Part shown: piece after piece, positions 11,984-24,395 of the stretch
Numbering within the stretch: position 1 is the stretch's first letter
Layout of the letters: every line of letters begins with the position of its first letter
The notes under the pieces: model-generated
The model's database searches: none
Seen by the model: only the letters and a program-made list of their open reading frames with translations
Told to the model about the DNA's origin: nothing
DNA from: Anthoceros angustus
Taxonomy: Eukaryota > Plantae > Anthocerotophyta
Length of the DNA: 64,000 nt
Assembly: GCA_010909165.1 (NCBI GenBank)
Contig: MU008164.1
Span: 1,488,001-1,552,000, forward strand
Reading direction: 5' to 3'
Program-made: the position numbers and the translations under genes

Positions 11984-14900
11984 CCCTCACTAGAAAAGGG
12001 CGCTCATGTTACACTTTATGTTAAGATTTGGACCCCTTTGTTGCAATTATGTTAAAATCTTGGGGTCTTGTTACACTTTTGGGACCCCTTATGCTTAGGT
12101 TTGGAAACCAACCTCCACCACCTTATTACGTCATGTATAGTCTTGTTGCAATTATGTTGCAATGTAGTGAGAGGTGGTTTGTGTCCCTCTCAAAATTTCA
12201 ACATAATTGCAACAACCAAAGTGTTACATCGTCTCTTGTTACTTTTGCGGCTTGGTACCGAACCTCCTCCCCATCTACCTTCCTCTTTTACTACTATTAC
12301 CCTATGGAATACCTAGTTTTACTTAGTAGTTCCCACCGATACTCGTATGAATACACATATATAAAAATACATGTATGAATACATTCTTTGTAAAATACAC
12401 GTATTGTTCATGGTAACATATACTATATGGTAATTTCACGTGATATATGGTCATATTCTATTTTATATAAAATAAGCATATCGTCCGGATAACGTACATA
12501 CTTTGTACACGTCCACGATCGTTTACTAGTTTGTCCTTGAGCACTCGTGCCTTTTGTGCCCTGAGTTTGTGCTACAGCGGACCCATGTTTGCTATGCTGG
12601 GTTGTTTGGCTCAAGTCCTCCCTCCTTCTCTCTCCCCTAGACAACTACCTCATGTCCATTCTGCGCCTTTTGCCCTTGCCTCGACCATGGCTGCTGTTGG
12701 TTGCTCCTCCTATCCTCCCCTCTGCCTTCTTCCATCGCCTTCCCTAACTTCACATCAGTGCAGTTCGCATCTGAAAATTTGAGATAAAAATATGACATGG
12801 AATGGGTCTTGGCGACCTTGCAACAACTTGCGATTGTACATGTACACGAGACACCCGCCATGCTACTATCGCCTTCTCTAACATCAAATCGCACTAGCTA
12901 GTTATGCACTGAAAATTTGAGAGGAAATCACGGTATTGGAGCGTCTTGGCACGACCTTGCAATGCTCTACAAGTACAAGATGCCTTCGGTCACGTGATCC
13001 ATACCACCATCCCTTCACCAACATCATGTCACGGTGGTTACGCATCAAGCGAAAAATTGAGGCTGAAATCATAGCATGGAATGGGTCTCTGGAAATCACG
13101 GCATGGATTGGGTCTCTACTTGAAATCACAGCATGGAGCGGGCCTCCTCCTCTTCCTTTCCCTCTCCCCTCCTCCTTCTTCCCATCCCCTCCTTCCTCCT
13201 CCTTCCTCCTCCTTCCCTCCTCCCCCTCCCCCTCCCCTCCTTCCTCCTCCTTCTTCCCATCTCCCCTCCTTCCTCCCCTCCTTCCTCCTCCTCCTCCTCC
13301 CCTCCTTCCTCCCCTCCTTCCTCCTCCTCTTCCTCTCCCCTCCTTCCTCCTCCTTCCTCCCCTCCTCCTCCCTCCTCCTCCTCCTCCCTCTCCTCTCCTC
13401 TCCTCCTCCTCCTTCCTCTCCTCCTCCTCCTCCTCCCCTATCGATCCCTCTCCCCATTTCCTCCTTGCCTCCTCCTCCTCCTCCTCCTCCTCCTCCTCCT
13501 CCTCCTCTCCTCCCTCCCCCTTTTCCTCCTTGCCTCTCCTCCTCCTCCTCCTCCTCCTCCTCCTCCTCCTCCTCCTCCTCCTCCTCCTCCTCCTCCTCCT
13601 CCTCCTCCTCCTCCTCCTCCTCCTCTACCTCCTCCTCTCCCCTTTTCCTCCTTGCCTCTCCTCCTCCTCCCTCCCTCGGATCCCTCTCCCCTTTTCCTCC
13701 TTGCCTCTCTCCTCCTCCTCTACCTCGGATCCCTCTCCCCTTTTCCTCCTTGCCTCTCTACCTCCTCCTCCTCTACCTCGGATCCCTCTCCCCTTTTCCT
13801 CCTTGACTCTCTGCTCCTCCTCCTCCTCCTCCTTATCTACCTCGGATCCCGTCCCCTTTTCCTCCTTTTCCTCGCCTTCTCTAACATCAAATGACACTAG
13901 CTAGTTCAACAGCGAAAATTTGAGAGGAAATCACGGATTGGAGTACAAGATCTGCTTGCGTGATCATACCACCATCCGTCACCTACGTCATGTCACAGTT
14001 ACGCATCGGCTGAAAAATTGAGACTAGAAATCACGGACTTGGAGCGGGTCTTTACTTGAAATCACGGCATGGAGCGGGCCTCTTTCTTTCCCTCTCCCCT
14101 CCTCCTCCTTTCCATCTACCTCCTCTTCTTTCCCTCTCCCCTCCTCTTCCTTCCCTCTCCCCTCCTCTTGCTCCTCTTCTTTTCCATCTTCCCTCCTCCT
14201 CCTTATAATCTCCCCCTCCTTTCGCTTTCCCTCCTCCTCCTTCCCTCTGCCTCCTCTCCTCCTCCTCCTCCTCCTCCTCCTCTCTCCTCCTCCTCCTCCC
14301 TCCTCCTCCTCCTCCTCCTCCTCCTCCTCCTCCTCCTCCTCCTCCTCCTCCTCCTCCTCCTCCTCCTCCTCCTCCTCCTCCTCCTCCTCTACCTCCTCCT
14401 CTCCTCTCTCTCTCCTCCTCCTCCTCCTCCTCCTCCTCCTCCTCTCCTCCTCCTCCTCTCCTCTCTCTCCTCCTCCTGCCTCTCCCCTTCCTCCTCCTCC
14501 TCTTCCTTCTCCCTCTCCCTCCTTCTCCTTGCCTCAGCGAGTGAGCCTCGGACCCACGAACTTAGACATAGGTAAATAATATTATGTTTAGGTCACCTTT
14601 AAAGGTGGCGTTAATGGGCATGTTCTTGATATTCATTGTGCAGGCACCATTAACAAATAGTTGTGAAGAGAGTGCAAAGAAGAGCGCTAGGAAAAACCTT
14701 AACTAATTGTACTCCCAATGGGGTGTAATAAAGATGGGGAGGGAGAGAGAGAGAGAGAGGGTCCTATTCTGATCATGTTGCAATTGCATGAGGAATTCAT
14801 AAACAATGCATATGAGAGAGGGATGTAGTTAAGAGGGTGAAGTGGTAGGAGAGAGAGCAGTTAAATGTTAAGATTGTAGGCCCACTTGGGAAAGAAATGA

Positions 14901-14992
14901 CAAACTTAATACCAAGCCTCCAAATGATGTTGCAAGTTAGAAGTGTAACATAAAATTGCAACAACGTATAAATATTGCCCTTTCTAGTAGGG
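11984..14992. mobile_element. Non-autonomous TIR element with CCC...GGG ends and 2-bp TSD (CACTA/CMC-like), inside the transposase gene
   Basis: Left end CCCTCACTAGAAAAGGGC, right end GCCCTTTCTAGTAGGG, AA on both flanks. Subterminal ATGTTACACTT/AAGTGTAACAT inverted match. No coding capacity seen. Confidence 0.7.
13143..14535. repeat. Two long (CCT)n polypyrimidine tracts within ~1-kb internal repeat units
   Basis: CCT-rich runs at 13143-13880 and 14080-14535, each preceded by a copy of tcgccttctctaacatcaaat..cactagctagtt..gaaaatttgagaggaaatcacgg (12869 and 13872). Confidence 0.9.
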
Positions 14993-15121
14993 AACCGGGC
15001 TGGCATGTGGCTGCTGTTCAGTTGTTATCGTTAATCTCATGGTTGTCATTGATGCAGGTGTAGATTTGTCCGTCTTGTACACAAGCTTGGCTCTAATCGA
15101 TCTTACCGTGGTTGGACGCAG

Positions 15122-16560
15122 ATGTTTACCAAGCTGCATTAGACTCCCATAGAGTCCGTCTTATGAACGAAAGGAAGAAAATGTCGAAGCATTGGTCAAA
15201 AGGGTACAGTGAGCCGCATAAATACATATTGTTATCAATTGATGGCATGGACCAGAAGAAAACATCCCTCCCGCACATATTACGGTGGCCTAAAGACTTG
15301 AAGGAGGACAACAAGATCACAGTTCATGTTGTGGGTTGTATGATCCATAATTATACTCACAAGGCGAGCTTATCTCCACTATGCGAATCTTCACGCCGTC
15401 GGCGATTTCGATCATACAGGATATCTTACACACTTACGAGGGGCTTCTTCCATCAGTGTTGTATTTGCAGCTTGACAACACGTGCAGGGAGAATAAGAAT
15501 CAATTGCTATTTGCCTACCTGAATATGCTAGTAGAGTTGCAGATTTTCAAAAAGGTTAAGGTGGGCTTTCTTCTCGTTGGACACACGCATGACCAGGTGG
15601 ATCAGATGTTTTCATGTTTTTCAAAGCATCTGAAGCACAAGGAGGCTCGTACTCTCCCGGCTATGGAGGATATATTGAGAACGACATACACACCAAACCC
15701 AGAGGTCAAGGTTATCACCGTGCGGACTTCATAACATATGTGTGGCTGGGTTGAAGGAGCGGGCACCAATTTAAAGTCAAGGGCTTGAACAACCTCTCGT
15801 TCCGGCATCAATTCAAAATTACAAGGAAGAGCAGTTAGGGAAAAGTTCTGATCATCTGTAAACGATTCTACTTCTCCACGGTGGGAAACCGAAGATGGCT
15901 TGGAGTTCTAACGATTCGACGGTTATTGGACTGCACCATTGATGGCCCTTCGTGCAAAAGACAAAAGGGAGTGAAGGTGGGCTCACACGGCATGCGGCGT
16001 AGACCACCTACGGAAGGGCTTGCTCAAGCTGCCAACATATTTGAATGCGGATGAAGAGGAGTGGTGGATTGAATTCGAAGGATCGAGTGAGATCGCAACT
16101 ATTGTGGACAACAACATTGGACTAGTCTTGCGAGCAGAATGGAAATGGTATGACAGGACTTGTGAGGCACTTGTGTCCCGGCGCACGTCGACGAGGCTAT
16201 TCTTGACGAAGCATTACTCCGAGAAGTACCACAGAGATATGTATTTGGGAGCTCACGGAGCTTGCAACGCCAAGAGGAGGTGGCAAGGATGAATGGGGAT
16301 GTCATGGAGATTGAGAAGGCATGTTCATTGTCACTCCTTGCGAGGGAGACACTCATATGAGCATTTTGGGTTGCAAAGGTTGTAAGTGTGCACCACTCTG
16401 CAGACCCTTTCTTACGTGTGCATTGGTGGAGAACAGAGCACCGATGCTTACGAGGGCAAGTATGTTGGAGAATAAATACAGCGAATGGCGACCAAGCACC
16501 AACATCGAAAGGAAAAGGGGAAAAACTCAAGACCTCCAAACATCCAGACAATCTTCGTTC
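15122..16560 (+). pseudogene. Sola1/DUF7869-like DDD transposase catalytic region plus C-terminal beta-barrel-like segment
   Basis: HKYILLSIDGMDQKKTSLP...VLYLQLDNTCRENKNQ...KVGFLLVGHTHDQVDQMFS. AG acceptor at 15120-15121. Later EHFWVAKVVSVHHSADPFLRVHWWR (~16360-16435). Confidence 0.82.
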
Positions 16561-18004
16561 GCAAAGCGGTTATAAATCTATTATGGGTTCAAGTTGAACT
16601 CAAGGAAACATCTATATGCATCAGATAAGAAAGTAATTAGGGAGAAGTTGAGTGCCCTTCGTCCCCATCTGCAACCATGCACTCGATGTCAAGATGAAAG
16701 CGATATGATTATAGCGAGGAGAAGGAGGTAAATGGAGAAGGTCTAGACTACGGAAGAGTGATCAACGATCGTGCGTAACTCCAATGCCGGGACTTGCATT
16801 TACATCTTTAGCGTATGCCCATGTAACGATTCTTGCATAGTGGGCATATTGGGGTATTGTCTGTCGGTCACGGTCATATCTGATCATCGTGGCATAGGCA
16901 ATGGGCGGCGGCATGCTAGCGCCCATTATTATCTTCGGACATAAGCTATCTTTTATATTACACATTTGAATTCCTCCATCTGCATGAATGCAAATCTCTA
17001 TTGCCTGCCGTAGTCGTTTGCAGTAAGGGTTTAAACCAAACCTGTGCGCTGTTTAGTTATCAGGCTTCGGCATTGTCATTGATTCAAACGTTTGTAGCTA
17101 AGACCACTAAAGAGTTGGGCGCCGGCATGCCCTCTCGCCTTGCTTCCCCACACATCTTGACATAATAAAGCTCAATGAAGTAGAGCCATGACAAACACTC
17201 AAGGATGGTATTCCGAATCACGGGGAGGCTCTCTTCCCCATGTTCCAAATCTCATACCCTAAACTTATCCATATTTCACCTTCCATCACCCGCACAAATA
17301 GCGTACATTATGGGTATTATTTCTGAGAAAACTACGTGACCATGGAAGTCAACGACCATCGCTGAACAGTAGAACACATCTATATACGCTTAGGGCTGTA
17401 TCTTAGACCCTATTTTTCCAAACATTGGCGTTACCATAACGGGCAAAACCCCATTTCGCTGCCCATCGAGAAGCCCCTTCACCGTATATGTACCCCATAA
17501 GCCCCTTCTTGTATATTGAGCCGCTTCAAATATTATGCTGTTCCCAGCATTTCAGTCATAACCTACCTTGGTTCTCAAACTACGGGGTATTGCCAGAGGA
17601 GCATACAGTGGCGCTTGGTGACAATAGGTCACATGACATCAACGGAAGAGGAGTGTTATGAGTCCATCTTCCAGGAGGACAGTCTACAGGTATTAAGGAC
17701 GTGCATCATGTGCCTCATCTTGCGAGGAATCTTCTTTATGTCGCAAAAATCGCTGATGCAGGTCATGAGGTTGTGTTCAATTCCAAAGGATTTCGAATCC
17801 AATCCGAGCAGCCTGAGTTATCGAATGCTAAAGTGGTTGCTAGGGGCGTTCGAATAGGAATTTTTACAAGTTGTGTGCTTCTGTGGGAAGGCAAACTTGC
17901 ACCTTTATGGATAGTTCGCAAAATAACATTAGATCTATTGATTTATGGCATCAACGTTTGGGGCACATTGGTGTCGACAATATCAGGTTGATGAAGAATC
18001 AACA

Positions 18005-18221
18005 TATGGTTACAGGCTTGGATTTGAAAGAAGTGGGTCTTCATCAACCATATGGTTACAGGCTTGGATTTGAAAGAAGTGGGTCTTCATCAACTATATG
18101 GTTACAGGCTTGGATTTGAAAGAAGTGGGTCTTCATCAACTATATGGTTACAGGCTTGGATTTGAAAGAAGTGGGTCTTCATCAACTATATGGTTACAGG
18201 CTTGGATTTGAAAGAAGTGGG
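18005..18221 (+). repeat. 46-bp tandem repeat (~5 copies) in the copia pre-integrase region
   Basis: tatggttacaggcttggatttgaaagaagtgggtcttcatcaac(c/t)a repeats with period 46; variant copies also at 21167-21275. Confidence 0.92.
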
Positions 18222-19679
18222 TAAGCCGCAATTATGCCAAGGGTGCATAATGGGAAAGCTACGCCGAACCAAGTTCCCAAAGATTGCAGCACAACAAGCA
18301 AATATGGTGCTAGAGTTGGTACACACGGATGTGTGTGGTCCAATGAAAAATCCCACTCATGGCCGAGCCCGCTACATTCTAGTGTTTGTAGATGATTTTA
18401 CTAGGACGACCCGGACATATCTTATAAAGGAGAAATCCAAGGTATTTACACTCTTCAAGGAATGGAAAGCCATGGTGGAGAACATAAGTGGACAACGTTT
18501 GAAGACTTTACGCAGTGACAACGGAGGTGAATACATCTCCACTAACTTCCAACGCTTTTGCAAGGAGCATGGAATTGGAAGGCAATTAACCATCCCTCAC
18601 ACACCAGAGCAAAATGAAGTGGCAGAGCGCAAACTGAGGAGGTTGGTGGAGGCAGCTAAATGCATGTTACGTCATAGTGGTTTGGAAGTACGTTTTGGGT
18701 GAGGTCATGTTACAAAGCAACCTATGTTTTGAATCGAGTTCCAAACAGAACTATTGTTGGAATGACCGAGGAAGCATGGTCGCCAAGCTCCATATAAGCC
18801 ATTTGAGGATCTTTTGGTTCGATGGTTTATGCTCACGCTCAAGCAAACCCAACAAAATGGGATCCAAAAGGCGTGAAGTGCCTTATGCTTAGATATTCTA
18901 CTGAGATTAAGGGCTACCGGTTGTATGATCTTTCTGTATGATCATTTTTCGCAGGGACGTTGTATTTAATGAGGTTGTGGAACCCATCAAAGGAGTGGGA
19001 GCTCCAACCCGGTGGTTATCATGAAGGATCCGATGGCGTATGTTGACAACTCGATGAGGATTACGGTATGATGACACTCTTGAGCAACGCTCACGAGCTC
19101 AAGCACCTTCTCAACAATGCGACATAGAGGGGAGAAAGGAAAATTCCGATGTCGCGATTGGAAGTAGATGAAGATCAAAGCATTATCGAATTGATTAAGA
19201 AGAGGAAGCTCAAGTATTCGAGAGAGACAACCAATCTTGAGAAGATCAACTAGATAATGAAAACCTTCACAAGATCTTGGAATTCATGAATGCATGTGCG
19301 TATGAAGAGACATGGTTATGCGCGCGAACCATAAAGCCTAAGGAAGCATTGGAAGGACCAAAGACGAAGGGTGGAAAGAAGCCGTGGACAACGAGTATAA
19401 CTCCTTCTCGAAAAAAAACTTGGGCAATCAATCCTTTACCTAATGGAAGGAAGAGCATAGAATCAAAGTGAACATTCAAGATTAAGCGCAAGGCCGATGG
19501 AAGCATAGGCGCTATAAGGCAAGGCTGGTGGGGAAGGATATACACATGTCCCAGGCGTGATTATATGGACCTTTCTCCAACCAGAAATCTATGTACTGGT
19601 TGGAGAAATCTATGTACCTGCTTATTCACCTCAACGGTCACCATTGCATGTTTCCTATTAGCTCCTGCTGCCCTTCTTT

Positions 19680-21165
19680 ATGTTTCAATCCTGTCTACAT
19701 CTGACCACACACCTGCATCTGCGTAGGCATTCACCATGTTCAAGGGTAGGTTTGATGCCATGCTGTTCAGCCATGGAATCAAAGTGCTCGCAACCGTCGT
19801 GGACCAGTCCCTCGTGACTGCCAGCGTTATAAAAGGCAAGTAAAGTAGCATTACTAGGCTGATAACCGGCAAATAACGCCTTGTGACCTTCATCATCAAG
19901 TACCATACCCAGATATCAGGGCATTCCATGTCACCACATTCTTTGTGTTCGTGAAAACCCTGCGTGCATCTTTCAGTTGACCACATTTTGTACATGTCCA
20001 CCAGGCAGGTGCTTTTCCACAGTCTGCGCATGCAGCTCCCTGTCCTTCTGTAAGGCACCAGTGCTTTCACAGGCCTTCAGAAGGCAAGCAAATGTAAAAT
20101 GGTTATCCAAAATGAGGATTCTTAATCCATTTGCTCATACACAGCAAGCACCTCTTGGCAAGACCTTGCTGTGCATACCCAGCAATCAGCGCCGTCCATG
20201 TCACCACATCCTTTGTGGCATACAGTCAAAAACCTGGCGTGCATCTTCCAGTTCACCATTTTGCATACCCATATATCAGGGTATTCCATGTATCAGGGTA
20301 TTCCATGTCACCACATTCTTTGTGGCCAAGTTCACCACATTTTGCAAAGACCCGGTTGGCCAACGCATCATCCCAGTTCACCACCATTTTGCAGCTACTG
20401 TCGCACCAAGCGGTTGGCAAGGTACATCAGCCAAAAGCAGTCCTGTTCCATTTGTCCATGCACAACAAGCGCCTGATGTTCAGGCCCCTGCTGGACACCT
20501 CTGTCATATCAACAGCCATGCTGTCAATACCTTCCTTGCATCTTGCAGTTCACCACAGTTACATCTCCACCAGGCAGGTGCCAACAAACAAGTCAGGAGG
20601 AATGCCATTGCAACACATCACAGTGCACTTTTCTGCCAGATTCCAAGTCGGCAGCAAATGCACAAGCTTGAAGGGCAGCTAGATAGGCGTGAGCATCCGC
20701 CTTCACTCCAGACCTGCACATCTCAAGATACAAGGTACGGCCCCATTAGGTTTCCCATGCTTAGCGTAGATTATTAGACCAGACAAAGGCATTCGGTTTG
20801 CCCACCCTGGTACGCACATCCCTGGCCTCCTCAGCCTACCTCCACGTGCATACATGCGCAAGATATGGTTCCCCGAGTATGCATTTTGACAGTGAGATCA
20901 TGAACTCGTCGCCCACAACCAAAATCCTTCTGTACACAGTTTCAGCACGGTGTAAACCAAAGACTTAGAAACAGCAGGCCTCAGAAAGCTTTCCCCGAAC
21001 CCGGAGGGCTGGAATGCGAACAAGGCTGTGCATACGCACCTAAATGAAACACTATAAGACAAGGCAACTTACCTACTGACCCCAAAGCATCAAGCAAGCT
21101 GCCAACTTTCACCTACATTACAAATGTGCAGGCCGGGAGCATATTTCTTGAGGACTCAAATGACA
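19680..21165 (-). pseudogene. PLS-class PPR pseudogene, copy 1 (indel-rich)
   Basis: LVDMY.KC, VVTWNALI and FDSMAEQHGIKPTLEH motifs across frameshifts; near-identical to 22745-24390. Confidence 0.8.
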
Positions 21166-21166
21166 G

Positions 21167-24100
21167 ATTTGAAGAAGTGGGTCTTCATCAACTATATGGT
21201 TCTGAGCTTGGATTTGAAAGAAGTGGGTCTTCATCAACTATATGGTTCTGGGCTTGGATTTGAAAGAAGTGGGTAAGCCGCATTATGCCAAGGGTGCATA
21301 ATGGAAAGCTACGCAAGTTCCCAAAGATTGCAAAGACAACAAGCAAATATGGCGCTTAGAGTTGGTACACACGGATGTGTGTGGTCCAATGAAAATCCCA
21401 CTCATGGCGAGCCCGCTACATTCTAGTGTTTGTGGATTTTCACTAGGAAGACCCGACATATCTTATAAAGGAGAAATCCAAGGTATTTACACTCTTCAAG
21501 GAATGGAAAGCCATGGTGGAGAACATAAGTGGACAACGTAAGACTTTACGCGTGACAACTGAGGTGAATACATCTCCACTAACTTCCAACGCTTTTGCAA
21601 GGAGCATGGAATTGGAAGGCAATTAACCATCCCTCACACACCAGAGCAAAATGAAGTGGCAGAGCGCAAACTGAGGAGGTTGGTGGAGGCAGCTAAATGC
21701 ATGTTACGTCATAGTGGTTTGGAAGTACGTTTTTTGGGTGAGGCTGTTGTTACAGCAACCTATGTTTTGAATCGAGTTCCAAACAGAACTATTGTTGGAA
21801 TGACCCCGGAGGAAGCATGGTCTGGCGTCAAGCCCGACATAAGCCATTTGAGGATCTTTTGGTTCAGTAGTTTATGCTCACGTTCTGAAGCAAACCCGAA
21901 CAAAATGGGATCCAAAAGGCGTGAAGTGCCTTATGCTTAGATATTCTACTGAGATTAAGGGCTACCGGTTGTATGATCTTTCTGTATGATCATTTTTCGC
22001 AGGGACGTTGTATTTAATGAGGTTGTGGAACCCATCAAAGGAGTGGGAGCTCCAACCCTAGTGGTTATCATGAAAGATCTGATGGCGTATGTTGACAACT
22101 CTGATGAGGATTCTGAGTATGATGACACTCTTGAGCAACCTGTTCCTGAGCTCAACGCACCTTCTCAACAATGCGACATAGAGGGGGGAGAAAGGAAAAT
22201 TCCCGATGTCGCAGTTGGAGAAGTAGATGAAGATCAAAGCATTATCGTAGTTGACGAAGAAGAGGAAGCTCGAAGTATTCGAGAGAGACAACCAATCTTG
22301 AGAAGATCAACGAGATAATGAAAAACCTTCACAGAAGATCTTGGAATTCATGAATGCATGTGCGTATGAAGAGACATGGTTGGCAGATGCCGGCGAACCA
22401 TAAAGCCTAAGGGAAGCATTGGAAGGACCAAAGACGAAGGGGTGGAAAGAAGCCGTGGACAACGAGTATAACTCCCTTCTCGAGAAAAAAACTTGGGCAA
22501 TCAATCCTTTACCTAATGGAAGGAAGAGCATAGAATCAAAGTGAACATTCAAGATTAAGCGCAAGGCCGATGGAAGCATAGAGCGCTATAAGGCAAGGCT
22601 GGTGGGGAAGGGATATACACATGTCCCAGGCGTGGATTATATGGACCTTTCTCCAACCAGAAATCTATGTACTGGTTGGAGAAATCTATGTACCTGCTTA
22701 TTCACCTCAACGGTCACCATTGCATGTTTCCTATTAGCTCCTGCTGCCCTTCTTTATGTTTCAATCCTGTCTACATCTGACCACACACCTGCATCTGCGT
22801 AGGCATTCACCATGTTCAAGGGTAGGTTTGATGCCATGCTGTTCAGCCATGGAATCAAAGTGCTCGCAACCGTCGTGGACCAGTCCCTCGTGACTGCCAG
22901 CGTTATAAAAGGCAAGTAAAAGTAGCATTACTAGGCTGATAACCGGCAAATAACGCCTTGTGACCTTCATCACAAGTACCATACCCAGATATCAGGGCAT
23001 TCCATGTCACCACATTCTTTGTGTTCGTGTTGTGAAAAACCCTGCGTGCATCTTTCAGTTGACCACATTTTGCATACATGTCCACCAGGCAGGTGCTTTT
23101 TCCACAGTCTGCGCATGCAGCTCCCTGTCCTTCTGTAAGGCACCAGTGCTTTCACAGGCCTTCAGAAGGCAAGCAAATGTAAAATGGTTATCCAAAATGA
23201 GGGATTCTTAATCCATTTGCTCATACACAGCAAGCACCTCTTGGCCAAGACCTTGCTGTGCATACCCAGCAATCAGCGCCGTCCATGTCACCACATCCTT
23301 TGTGGCATACAGTCAAAAACCTGGCGTGCATCTTCCAGTTCACCACATTTTGCATACCCATATATCAGGGTATTCCATGTATCAGGGTATTCCATGTCAC
23401 CACATTCTTTGTGGCCAAGCTGTCAAAGACCCGGCGTGCATCTCCCAGTTCACCACATTTTGCATACATGTCCACCAAGCGGTTGGCCAACGCTACATCA
23501 TCCAGCAGTCCTCTTTTCACCATCTGTGAGTGCAGCTGCCTGCCCTTCTGTATGGCACCAGTGCTCGCACAGGCATTAAGGCAAGTGAAGGTAAAATCGT
23601 CAGCCAAAAGCAGGCCCTCCTGTTCCATTTGTCCATGCACAACAAGCGCCTGATGTTCAGGCCCTTGCTGGACACACCCAGCTATCAGGGCATTCCATGT
23701 CACCACAATCGTTGTGGGCATGCTGTCAATACCTTCCTTGCATCTTGCAGTTCACCACAGTTACATCTCCACCAGGCAGGTGCCAACAAACAAGTCAGGA
23801 GGAATGCCATTGAGCAACACATCACAGTGCACTTTTCTGCCAGATTCCAAGTCGGCAGCAAATGCACAAGCTTGAAGGGCAGCTAGATAGGCGTGAGCAT
23901 CCGCCTTCACTCCAGACCTGCACATCTCAAGATACAAGGTACGGCCCCATTAGGTTTCCCATGCTTAGCGTAGGCGGAGATTATGTTAGACCAGACAAAG
24001 GCATTCGGTTTGCCCACCCTGGTACGCACATCCCTGGCCTCCTCCAGCCTACCTCCACGTGCATACATGCGCAAGATATGGTTCCCCGAGTATGCATTTT

Positions 24101-24395
24101 GACAGTGAGATCATGAACTCGTCGCCCACAACCAAAATCCTTCTTAGCTGTACACAGTTTCAGCACGGTGTAAACCAAAGACTTAGAAACAGCAGGCCTC
24201 AGAAAGCTTTCCCCGAACCCGGAGGGCTGGAATGCGAACAAGGCTGTGCATACGCACCTAAATGAAACACTATAAGACAAGGCAACTTACCTACCGACCC
24301 CAAAGCATCAAGCAAGCTGCCAACTTTCACCTACATTACAAATGTGCGCAGGCCGGGAGCCGCATATTTCTTGAGGACTCAAATGACAGATTTGA
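21167..24395. repeat. Second copy of a ~3.1-kb tandem duplication (copia INT/RT plus PPR pseudogene)
   Basis: Colinear repeat of ~18110-21170. Junction microhomology GATTTGAAGA at 21166 and 24389. Confidence 0.88.
22745..24330 (-). pseudogene. PLS-class PPR pseudogene, copy 2
   Basis: VVTWNALIAGCVQQG...FTFTCLLNACASTGAIQKGRQLHSQMVKRGLLDDVALANRLVDMYAKCGELGDARRVFD-type repeats, with frameshifts. Confidence 0.85.

Larger units (their letters stand above)
5164..17542 (+). mobile_element. 12.4-kb TIR DNA transposon (Sola1/DUF7869-like) carrying a DNA methyltransferase cargo
   Basis: 34-bp TIRs AACAGCATAAT(T/A)TTTGAAGCGGCTCAATATACAA at 5164-5197 and 17509-17542 (1 mismatch). 4-bp TSD CCCA at 5160-5163 and 17543-17546. 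Removing the element restores the copia protease frame GASQHFSHNLPWFSNY. Subterminal AAGCC(G/C)CTTC repeats lie at both ends. Confidence 0.9.
3900..19585 (+). mobile_element. Ty1/copia LTR retrotransposon, interrupted by a DNA transposon and 3'-truncated in RT (no 3' LTR seen)
   Basis: Gag EKFDGKNFTQWKWKLK (from 4299); zinc knuckle CYYCRKPNHHTKDC (~4960); protease LYLDFGAS|QHF split at 5163/17543; GAG-pre-integrase LWHQRLGH (~17945); integrase LELVHTDVCGP...LRSDNGGEY...TPEQNEVAERK (18190-18700); RT start YKARLVGKGY...PGVDY (~19510-19570). Confidence 0.93.

Noticed and set aside
12936-14575. Long poly-Pro/Leu/Ser ORFs in several frames
   Set aside because: They are stop-free by-products of (CCT)n tracts inside a non-autonomous element.
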